Below, one piece after another: positions 21,790 to 29,636 of a stretch of 64,000 bases of DNA. Both the position numbers and the translations under genes were made by a program. The number at the start of each line of letters is the position of its first letter. Position 1 is the first letter of the stretch. A model generated the notes under the pieces. The model was not told the origin of the DNA, did no database searches, and saw only the letters and a program-made list of their open reading frames with translations. The stretch spans positions 4,109 through 68,108 of the forward strand of contig JAAETT010000546.1 in the NCBI GenBank assembly GCA_024228115.1, read 5' to 3'. This DNA is from a bacterium (GTDB taxonomy: Bacteria; Myxococcota_A; UBA9160; UBA6930).

Positions 21790-22242
21790 TCACGCAGCGC
21801 CCGCGCAAGAAGGGGTCAGGGGCTTGAGGGAGCTGAAGGACGCCTCGTAGTAGGTCCCGTCCGGGGCTACGCCCGCCGGTTGCAGGTGGAGTTGGAAGCC
21901 AGGGCCATCCGGCGGTGCGACGGCGTAGAGTCCCTCGTCGATCTCCGTGTGGGATGAGCCGCGAAACGTGACCGTGAACTGGTCGAGCCGCGACGAGACG
22001 TCATGGGGAACCACCTCGACCAACTCGAGGGATCGCCAGGCGCCGTCGTCGAAGCCGAACCACTGGCCCATCCGATCGTTGTAGTAGCCCCGCGTGAATT
22101 CGGGGCCCTCGGCCCGTGCCGGATCACCGGCGAACAACACGATCGGACCGAGCGCGGTGGCCGCGACGGTCGCCGTGGTGCCCTGCAAGAAGCGGCGTCT
22201 CGGGATCTTCGGGTCGGTATCTCTTCGTTCCGAGCTTCCCAT
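21790..22242 (-). CDS. Tat-signal DUF6916-like protein
   Basis: Twin-arginine signal PRRRFLQGTTATVAATALG...ARA; then LELVEV...DQFTVTFRG...EGLYAV...FQLHLQP...YYEASF, which aligns by eye with the 19167 protein. Confidence 0.7.
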   Translation of the reverse strand: MGSSERRDTDPKIPRRRFLQGTTATVAATALGPIVLFAGDPARAEGPEFTRGYYNDRMGQWFGFDDGAWRSLELVEVVPHDVSSRLDQFTVTFRGSSHTEIDEGLYAVAPPDGPGFQLHLQPAGVAPDGTYYEASFSSLKPLTPSCAGAA

Positions 22243-22269
22243 CTCTCGACCTCCTCATCTGGCTTCGAC

Positions 22270-23799
22270 TCAGGTCCCGACTCCATTCCGCCGCCGCATC
22301 GCCAGCGCGATCAACCCGAGGCCGAGCAGCGCACCGGTCGCCGGCTCGGGCACCACGATGAAGTGAATCGTAGCGGACACGTAGCTGCTGATGCTCTGAA
22401 GATACAGATCCGCCACGCGCACCTCGAGCGTCGCCATGCCGAGTCCGAAGATCGAGGCGAGGGTTGCGTCGTCGACGAACTCCGCGCCGGCCCCGATCAG
22501 GGCCGCGCCAAAGTCGGTGAAGAGCACGCCGCCATCGTAGAGCCCGATCTCGAGCCCCTCGAAGTCGACGACACTTGCGTTGACGGCCAGGTCCAGGTCA
22601 TCGACGTCGAGCTCGAAGAGGAGGCCGCCCGGCTGGGAGCTGGCCGATGCATCCAGAATCACGGGCAGGGCATTGCCGTAGGACACCGTCATCGTGTCGG
22701 TGCCGCCGTCGAGGCCCGTCAGCTCCTCGTGCACCTCAATCTCCCAGGTCGCCGTATCGAGGGTCGATCGCAGGCCCGAGTCTGCGATGCCGACGGTCTT
22801 GTTGACCATGTCCACGGTGCGGGTTCCGCTGGGCGGGGGCTGCAGCACGAAGGGGCTCTCCGAGGGGATGATGTTGGGCCGGTCCGCATCGGCGTCAGCG
22901 CCTACCAGCGGCACGTCCTGCGCGCCGCCCTGGACGCTTCCCAGATTCGACCAGGTATGCGTCAGGAAGTCCTCCCCATCGCTGCGCGCCGCGCCGAGGT
23001 CGTTGTCCTGCCAGGTGCCGTCGCCGTTGCGGAAGGTGCCGCCATCGGTGGTGATGCTGAGGGTGCTGGCGTCATAGGTCATGTCGGCACCGGCCTCGGC
23101 CACCACAGCCTCGGCAGCGACGATGGCATTCACCGAGCGAATCACCGTGCCGTAGGCCTGGCCTTCGTCCCGGATGTTCACCACGGTCGAGGGCGTCGGA
23201 ACCGGGATGCCATCTCCCGGATCGATGCCGGCCACCTCGGTATTGAGCTGGATGAAGTTCAGGTTGCCACCGGGCCGGTCGACGGCGTTGCCCTCGAGGC
23301 GGTAGCCCAGGAAGTGGGCGGGAGTCGCCGCCGGGGACGTGAAGTAGATCTTCGGGGTCGGGCTGGCGTAGGGGTCGCCCGGCCAGTTCAGGTGGCTCTG
23401 GTCGGTCTGGGTGTAGACGAAGGGCGTTCCGCCGCTGTCGAAGCCCTCCATCGGCACGATCACCTCGACGTTGTTGGCGTTCTCCACGAGCCCGCCGCCG
23501 GTGGGTGGAGCCGATCCTCCAGCCAGCGCGACGCCGTAGACGTCGAGGCCGTTGATGTTCTCCGCCGTGGCGGTGACCGGGTCGTAGGTCGTCTTGATGA
23601 CGAACTTACCGCCCTTGTTGAGCGCGGTGCCCGAGCCGGGCTGGGCGGAGCCGGGGTTCTCGCTCCAGATGCCGATCTGGATGATGTCGATCGGAGCCGC
23701 TTGCGCGGTTCCGGCCCCCAGCGCAAGGGCGAGAAGGATGGACAGGGCCGTGGGGGGGGCGACGATCGCCAGGAGCTGCGGCAGGCACAACCGTCTCAT
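22270..23799 (-). CDS. PEP-CTERM sorting-domain surface protein
   Basis: Signal peptide ending GTAQA; acidic Gly/Thr-rich body; C-terminus VVPEPATGALLGLGLIALAMRRR. ATG 23799 has an AAGGGG RBS. Confidence 0.9.
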   Translation of the reverse strand: MRRLCLPQLLAIVAPPTALSILLALALGAGTAQAAPIDIIQIGIWSENPGSAQPGSGTALNKGGKFVIKTTYDPVTATAENINGLDVYGVALAGGSAPPTGGGLVENANNVEVIVPMEGFDSGGTPFVYTQTDQSHLNWPGDPYASPTPKIYFTSPAATPAHFLGYRLEGNAVDRPGGNLNFIQLNTEVAGIDPGDGIPVPTPSTVVNIRDEGQAYGTVIRSVNAIVAAEAVVAEAGADMTYDASTLSITTDGGTFRNGDGTWQDNDLGAARSDGEDFLTHTWSNLGSVQGGAQDVPLVGADADADRPNIIPSESPFVLQPPPSGTRTVDMVNKTVGIADSGLRSTLDTATWEIEVHEELTGLDGGTDTMTVSYGNALPVILDASASSQPGGLLFELDVDDLDLAVNASVVDFEGLEIGLYDGGVLFTDFGAALIGAGAEFVDDATLASIFGLGMATLEVRVADLYLQSISSYVSATIHFIVVPEPATGALLGLGLIALAMRRRNGVGT

Positions 23800-24000
23800 T
23801 GAGGATCCCCTTCTTAGGCGGAGTCCCCTTCCCGTCTGCACTCTAACCCGATGTGGCGGAGCGGTCGAGTAGCTTGGCATCTTCGGCCCGCGGTCGTACT
23901 CAGTGGCATCGGCGCGGGAGGTCTCGTCTGGCGTCGCGCCAGGATCGGACCGGCGGGGTACCGGAGCTGCCTCCTCAACCGCCGCAGAACAGCCCTTCGG

Positions 24001-24423
24001 CTACAGCAGGCGGTCGAACCCCGAACGGACGGTCGCGGCCAGGTCGCGCAGGATGGCTTCCAGGATACGCGTGGCGGCGCGGGGGGCATCTTCCGAGAGC
24101 CGCAGGAAGGCGCTTCGGGGGAAGAGCAGCAGGAGGGAGGGTTCGCTGGCCACCAATGTCAATTCCCGCCGGCCGAGCGCCGCCAGGGAGGTATCGCCGA
24201 GGTGACGCCCGGCTTCGAGCGTGCCCAGCTCGCCGGCCTGGCTGTTCGACAGCATCAGCGAGCCTTCCGCCAGCAGGATGAGACCGTCGGCTTCGTCACC
24301 TTCGTTCTGGAGCACCTCTCCCTCCACCAGCTCACGTTCTTCGAGGAGGGAGGTCACGAGTTCCAGCTCTTCGTCTGTGAGATCGCTGAAGGGGGCGAAG
24401 ATCTTCGCGCTGGTGGCGCTCAC
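24001..24423 (-). CDS. Stand-alone cyclic-nucleotide-binding domain protein
   Basis: FSDLTDEELE...EGEVLQNEGDEADGLILLAEGSL...HLGDTSL...RRELTLVA; no HTH. Confidence 0.8.
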   Translation of the reverse strand: MSATSAKIFAPFSDLTDEELELVTSLLEERELVEGEVLQNEGDEADGLILLAEGSLMLSNSQAGELGTLEAGRHLGDTSLAALGRRELTLVASEPSLLLLFPRSAFLRLSEDAPRAATRILEAILRDLAATVRSGFDRLL

Positions 24424-25961
24424 GGCAGGATCCTTCCGAAGATCGTCTTGAGCAGCGTGACCGGATCCCGCTCGCCTTCCAAGGGGACCAGGAAGACCGA
24501 AGCCTGATCCAGCAGTCCGAGGCTCGATTCGATTTCGTCCACGGCCAGCTTCTCGCCCTTCGGGAGCATGAAGGCGTGGAAGATCCGGGCGTCATGGCGC
24601 TGGGCGCGAAGCCGCTCGACCAACGGACGCAAGTGCTCCTCACCTTCTCGCTGGGGCGAGTTCATGAGCAACAGAGTGCCGAGTGAGCCCTGGGCAAGGG
24701 CGGGCCAGCAAGCTTCGAAGCGCTTCGCCGTGGGGACGTGGAGCAGTTGGATCCCCACGCCATCGTCCACACCCAGCCGGCCAAGGGTCGCAACATCGTC
24801 CTGGCGGATCTCCCCGCTACGGAAGGCCGGCTCGAGACGGAAGCCCGGTAGCGCGGTCAGCAGCCGCGCAAACTCGCGGGTCATGCCGGGATCCGTCGCG
24901 GCCACGAGCAACTTGGCATCCCGTGCGGGCACCCCGCGCGGCCGGCCACTCTGCAACCACTCCCGCAATCGCTCCTGCTGGGCGGGCTCGAAGAGGACAT
25001 CGACGCGACCTGCTTCACCGTATTCCGGTTCGCGCCGCAACTGCACGATGCCGCGATCGCAAAGCGCCTGCAGTGTGCGGAGCACCTGGTAGTCCGGGAA
25101 CGTCGAGTGGTCCATCAGCTCGCCCACCCGATCGTCATGCTCCAGGAGATCGAGCAATTCCTCGGTGACGGGATGAACGGCATTCGGCAGTTCTTCGCGG
25201 GGCACCAGCAGGCGCACGCGGCCGGAGGGCGGCGGGAGCGAGCCCTTCAGCTGATCCCATTCGTCGAGCTGGCGAAGGGCCTCCATCAGGAGTACTCGCG
25301 TGGGGGTGGTGATCCGGGGTGTCATCGTGACCGTGCCCGGCCTGAAGGCAAAGCCCCCCTCGCGCCAGGCCAACAGCCGGAACAGGGCTTTCTCTCCCTC
25401 CACTCGGCCAACGGTCGCCTGGATGAGATCGCCTTCGCGTAGGATGAGCGCGCCGCGCTCACCGGGTGCGCCCCCCTCCTGCGGGCTGAGTTCGATGGTG
25501 CCCGTACGCCGATTCATGTGAAAGAGCTGCAACAGGTCGGTCAGCGGGATCTGCGAGAGCTTTCCCTGGACCGCCTGCTCGGCCTCTGCTTCCCGGTCCA
25601 CCGCATCGATGCGCTTGCGTTGCGCCAGGATGGCCTCGATCCGCAGGGCGATCTCTTCGCCCGTTGCCTCGGCCGAGAGCGTATCGTCGAAGAAGCCCCC
25701 GGCTGGCTCGCTCCCCAGGAAGAGGAAACGCACACCCTTCGTCCGTGGGTTGGCGCGCAGGATCTCGACCAGGGTTCCCGCGTCGATCAGTTCCAGGTCC
25801 GATACCGCGACCACGACATCCGGAACGTCCGCGAGCGCTGCCTCCAGTGCCGCCGCGCCGTGGCGAGCAACGCTCGTTGCGTAGCCTCTGGCAGCGCAGG
25901 CTTCGGCGAGATCACGCCCACGGCTCGGGTGCAGTTGTGCGACGAGGATGGAGCTAGTCAC
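24420..25961 (-). CDS. Pseudo-receiver + DUF4388 + winged helix + degenerate small-GTPase-like domain protein
   Basis: REC-like N-terminus lacking the acidic pocket; DUF4388 pattern QGKLSQIPLTDLLQLFHMNRRTG...GEKALFRLLAWREGGFAF...LLMEALRQLDE; C-terminus resembles the MglA/CvnD G-domain. Confidence 0.7.
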   Translation of the reverse strand: MTSSILVAQLHPSRGRDLAEACAARGYATSVARHGAAALEAALADVPDVVVAVSDLELIDAGTLVEILRANPRTKGVRFLFLGSEPAGGFFDDTLSAEATGEEIALRIEAILAQRKRIDAVDREAEAEQAVQGKLSQIPLTDLLQLFHMNRRTGTIELSPQEGGAPGERGALILREGDLIQATVGRVEGEKALFRLLAWREGGFAFRPGTVTMTPRITTPTRVLLMEALRQLDEWDQLKGSLPPPSGRVRLLVPREELPNAVHPVTEELLDLLEHDDRVGELMDHSTFPDYQVLRTLQALCDRGIVQLRREPEYGEAGRVDVLFEPAQQERLREWLQSGRPRGVPARDAKLLVAATDPGMTREFARLLTALPGFRLEPAFRSGEIRQDDVATLGRLGVDDGVGIQLLHVPTAKRFEACWPALAQGSLGTLLLMNSPQREGEEHLRPLVERLRAQRHDARIFHAFMLPKGEKLAVDEIESSLGLLDQASVFLVPLEGERDPVTLLKTIFGRILP

Positions 25962-27783
25962 CGATCGGAATCCCCAGATCGTGGCTCAGGCCGAAGGCCA
26001 GCTGCTCGACGACCACCGGGTCGGCGGTGTGAAAGGTGGTGGCGTCCTCTGCGCCGCCATCTTGGACATACGCGTACGAGGCGCCTTCTCCAAGGTAGAC
26101 GAGGAAGGGCTGACCTGCGCCGACACGTTTCGGAGAGACCCAGGTGACCGGCACACCCGGCATCAGCTGCTCATCGCGATCGGCGAACAGCACGACCTCG
26201 GTGCGCGGTGTCGTTCCCCGCAGCTGTTCCAGGGCGGAACGCAGCTTCGCCGTCTGCCCGTCCAGGGGCGCGACGAACAGCAATCCCCGGTGGTGCGGGT
26301 TGCGGCTGACCTCGTCCAGCAGGAAGCCGGCCATCTGGTCGCCGAGACCGGTGGCCCCTTCTTCACCCTCTGCCAGCAGGTTCTCCAGCAGCCCGCGAAA
26401 CGGTGCCTCCTCCAACTCGTAGAGCCGGAGCAGGCTGCGGCGATCCGCGTCGATGCGCCGATCCAGGCATGCGCGCAGCTCTTGGGGATCGCTTCCGTTG
26501 GCAGGGAACGTGGCCATGGCACTCAGCACGGCCGGCCGGTCGTCCGCCAACTGTTGAAACGCGGGGCTGCGCTCGAAGGCCGCCCGGAGGCGTCTCTTGG
26601 CCACGACCGAGCCCAGGTTGTCGCATTCGGGCAGTAGCACCACGTACTCGTGCTCGGTTTCGGTCCCGAGCAGATCCGTCGTCCGCACCGCCCGCTGGAG
26701 ATCGCCGACGACGGCCTGGATCCAGACGTTGAACTCTCCGGGAGAGAGGCGTGCTCGTACGGGCCCGATCGGATCGAGCGCGATGCGCACCACGGAGAGG
26801 CTGCGGCCGAAGCGCTTGGCCTTCTGCAACTCGTACTCCAGGACGTCATCGAAATAGGCCCGCGTGTAGGCGTGGGTCGTCGGATCCTTGAACGAACGTC
26901 GCTCGAGAGAACGGAAGGCAATCGCGTTGGCGAGAGCCTGGCTCGCGAACAATGCGAATCGTTCGGCGACCTCCCGATCGCCATCGTCGAACTCGGAGCC
27001 ATCGACCCGATCGGTGAGCCGGAGCAGACCCAACATCTCGCCATCGTGGCGAATCGGAACGAAGAGCGGCGCCCGCGGCGCGCCCGTGTCCTCTGCCAGC
27101 AGGGACTGGCAGTCGGGCTCGGCCAACGGGCGAAGAACCGCGGGCAGGTCTCCGACCTCGATCTCCTCCACCTCATCCTTGACCCGGATCAACCCGCCGG
27201 CGCCGCACAATCGCAGGCGGCTCGGATGGTCCGGATCAGCGAGCCAGGCCACCCCCGCGTGGGCGTTCGTCTCGAGGCACAGGACTTCGACGATACGGTC
27301 GGCAAGCGGCTCGATGGAAAGCGTTGAGAACAAGCCCAGCGCCCGCTCGTACTGGGCGAAATGGCCCATGAACGAGAGGTTCTCTGCCACCAGCCGGTCG
27401 TGCTCGGCGTGCATGGCGCGGCGCTCGAGAATCCCATCGATGGATCGGAGCAACGCCGTGCGATCGATCGGCTTCAGCAGATAATCCGTCGCACCCAGCC
27501 GCATCGCTTCGACCGCGGTCTTGACGTCGCCCACGCTGGTGACGACGACGACGTCCTGCTCTGGCCAGCGCTCCTTGACCTGTCGCACCAGCTCGCGCCC
27601 GTCCATCTCGGGCATGACCAGATCGGTGAGTACCAGGTCCGGCGGCTCCTCCTCCATCAAGGCGAGGGCTTCGGCACCGCTTCCGGCCGTGACCACCTCG
27701 AAATCCTCGCCTCGCAGCAAGTCCTCGAGGAAGACCCGGAAATAGAGCTGGTCATCGACCGCGAGTATCCGCGCCGAGTTCAC
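25954..27783 (-). CDS. Response regulator with REC, GAF, degenerate GGDEF and C-terminal DICT-like domains
   Basis: ILAVDD...DLVLTDLVMPEMDG...YLLKP (intact REC); GAF VPIRHDGEMLGLLRL; GGDEF fold KDPTTHAYTRAYF...RTTDLLGTETEHEYVVLLP. Confidence 0.8.
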   Translation of the reverse strand: MNSARILAVDDQLYFRVFLEDLLRGEDFEVVTAGSGAEALALMEEEPPDLVLTDLVMPEMDGRELVRQVKERWPEQDVVVVTSVGDVKTAVEAMRLGATDYLLKPIDRTALLRSIDGILERRAMHAEHDRLVAENLSFMGHFAQYERALGLFSTLSIEPLADRIVEVLCLETNAHAGVAWLADPDHPSRLRLCGAGGLIRVKDEVEEIEVGDLPAVLRPLAEPDCQSLLAEDTGAPRAPLFVPIRHDGEMLGLLRLTDRVDGSEFDDGDREVAERFALFASQALANAIAFRSLERRSFKDPTTHAYTRAYFDDVLEYELQKAKRFGRSLSVVRIALDPIGPVRARLSPGEFNVWIQAVVGDLQRAVRTTDLLGTETEHEYVVLLPECDNLGSVVAKRRLRAAFERSPAFQQLADDRPAVLSAMATFPANGSDPQELRACLDRRIDADRRSLLRLYELEEAPFRGLLENLLAEGEEGATGLGDQMAGFLLDEVSRNPHHRGLLFVAPLDGQTAKLRSALEQLRGTTPRTEVVLFADRDEQLMPGVPVTWVSPKRVGAGQPFLVYLGEGASYAYVQDGGAEDATTFHTADPVVVEQLAFGLSHDLGIPIGD

Positions 27784-27876
27784 CGGGCCCCTCCCCTGCT
27801 GATGATCCCCGTCTGGCTCAACCCATCTCCCTGACCTCGATGCCGCCCGGGCGCATTCCGAGCGGATCCATTCCCC

Positions 27877-29316
27877 TCAAGAAGGGGCCGAGAGTCGGCC
27901 CTTTTCATCGGCTATTCGCTCCCCACGCGTGAGTGTGACGCCTTCCGCTGGCACCGGACGCCCGATCAGGGAATGAGGTGTCGCATCGACGATCTCCACC
28001 CGGACCAGACTACCCCCCGGGGCCGAGTGTTCCGCATTCACGAGCCGATGCTGGGGATCCCGTCCCCGGATCTGCACCGGCTGGTCGGGACGCTCCGTGG
28101 CTCGCCGGCTGGGGCCTTCGACCAGAATCTCGGTCGTCTCCCCCACCCGCGCCCGGTGGGCGTCCAGGGTGAGCCGCCGGAGCAAGTCCTGAAGCCGCTC
28201 CAGGCGATCCTGGGCGACATCCGCCGCCACACTCCCCTCCGTCAGCTGAGCGGCGGGGGTTCCTGGACGGGGGGAGTACTTGAACGTGTAGGCATCCACG
28301 AAGGCCAGGGCCTCGACCAGGGCCAGGGTGGCCTGGAAATCAGCTTCGGTCTCGCCGGGGAAGCCGACGATCACATCCGTGGTCAGCACCAGGCCGGGCC
28401 GGGCGGCCTTCAGTGCCTCGGCCCAGCGCATGTATTCCTCGGCGGTGTAGCGCCGGCGCATGGCGTCGAGCATCCGATCCGAGCCGCTCTGGAGCGGCAG
28501 ATGGACGTGGGGACAGAGTTCGGGAACTTCGGCGTGGGCCCGCACCAGAGCCTCGTCAAAGAAGAGCGGATGGGGGCTCGTGTAGCGGATCCGCTCGATT
28601 CCAGGGATCTCGGCCAGGCGCCGCACCAGGGCCGCAAAGCCCATCGTGCCGGCCTCGGCCGTTTGATCCCGTCGCTGATCGTGGCGTCCGTAGGCGTTCA
28701 CGGTCTGCCCGAGGAGGGTCAACTGGCGGACCCCGGCATCGGCCAGGGCTGCGGCTTCGTCGAGGATGCCCTGGGCAGGCCGGCTGATCTCCCGGCCCCG
28801 GGTCGTGGGCACGATGCAGAAGCTGCAGAACATGTCGCAGCCCTCCATCACGGTCAGAAAAGCTCGCCCCGGCGTACTGGCTCGAAACTCCGGATGCCGT
28901 TCCGGCAGATCGAAACGCTCCTGCGAGGCGTTGGTCTCCGTGCGCGCCCCGCGCATGCCTTCGAAGGCCGCCTCGGCCATCTCGGGGACCCAGCGCAGGT
29001 TGTGCGTGCCGAACACGAAATCCAGGTGTCCGAAGCGGCGCAAGATGGCATCGCCTTCCTGCTGAGCCACGCAGCCGCCCACGCCCAGGGCCCGCCCGGG
29101 CACCTCGTCCTTCCATTCCCGCAGGACACCGAGATCGCTGTAGAGCTTGTTCTCGGCCTTCTCGCGGATGGAGCAGGTATTGATGACCAGCAGCTCACAG
29201 GACCCGTCTGATTCCGCCTGGGCCCAACCCGCGTGAAGCAGGAGGTTCGTCAGCTTGTCCGAATCGTGGACGTTCATCTGGCAGCCGTAGGTGCGGATGT
29301 GGAACCGACGCGGCAT
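27877..29316 (-). CDS. miaB: tRNA-2-methylthio-N6-dimethylallyladenosine synthase
   Basis: TYGCQMNVHDS, NTCSIREKAE, GGCVAQ, radical SAM EGCDMFCSFCIVP, HLPLQSGS, IVGFPGETE, C-terminal TRAM domain. Confidence 0.96.
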   Translation of the reverse strand: MPRRFHIRTYGCQMNVHDSDKLTNLLLHAGWAQAESDGSCELLVINTCSIREKAENKLYSDLGVLREWKDEVPGRALGVGGCVAQQEGDAILRRFGHLDFVFGTHNLRWVPEMAEAAFEGMRGARTETNASQERFDLPERHPEFRASTPGRAFLTVMEGCDMFCSFCIVPTTRGREISRPAQGILDEAAALADAGVRQLTLLGQTVNAYGRHDQRRDQTAEAGTMGFAALVRRLAEIPGIERIRYTSPHPLFFDEALVRAHAEVPELCPHVHLPLQSGSDRMLDAMRRRYTAEEYMRWAEALKAARPGLVLTTDVIVGFPGETEADFQATLALVEALAFVDAYTFKYSPRPGTPAAQLTEGSVAADVAQDRLERLQDLLRRLTLDAHRARVGETTEILVEGPSRRATERPDQPVQIRGRDPQHRLVNAEHSAPGGSLVRVEIVDATPHSLIGRPVPAEGVTLTRGERIADEKGRLSAPS

Positions 29317-29461
29317 CGCCGCAGCCTACCCGAGAGCCCGCAGAAGCGTCAAAGTGGGCGAAATCCCAGGCAAAACCTGAAGTAACACTTTGGGATCAGC
29401 GCTCAAACTTCTGTCCTGACTCATCGTTCTGCAGGTTGTTCCCGTCCGCGCAAAATGATGT

Positions 29462-29491
29462 TTGACAATGGCAACGCGGCTGGCACATACT
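29462..29491 (+). promoter_or_regulatory. Candidate sigma70 promoter
   Basis: TTGACA (29462-29467), 18-nt spacer, CATACT (29486-29491), in an AT-richer intergenic stretch. Confidence 0.5.
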
Positions 29492-29497
29492 CGGGGC

Positions 29498-29636
29498 AAC
29501 CGTTCTACCAGGTTCATGGAGCGGCGGTGGATATGGCATTTCTCACCGAAATGTCCAACCTCTCACCCCCCATCATCTATCCACCGTCTCTCCGCCCTGA
29601 CCGAAGCCCCGCCAGGCTCTGCTTGGCGGGGCTTTT
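29498..29636 (+). ncRNA. Candidate small RNA (about 140 nt)
   Basis: Lies between the promoter above and a hairpin+T4. Long stem 29517-29533/29578-29594, inner hairpin 29534-29557 and a C-rich single-stranded loop. No family recognised. Confidence 0.4.
29604..29636. terminator. Intrinsic terminator hairpin (possibly bidirectional)
   Basis: AAGCCCCGCCA-ggctctgct-TGGCGGGGCTT, followed by TT on the + strand; abuts the stop codon of the minus-strand dipeptidase. Confidence 0.7.

Noticed and set aside
23851-23930. tRNA-like start GGCGGAGCGGTCGAGTAGC
   Set aside because: No T-arm (TTCGA), acceptor stem or anticodon arm follows.
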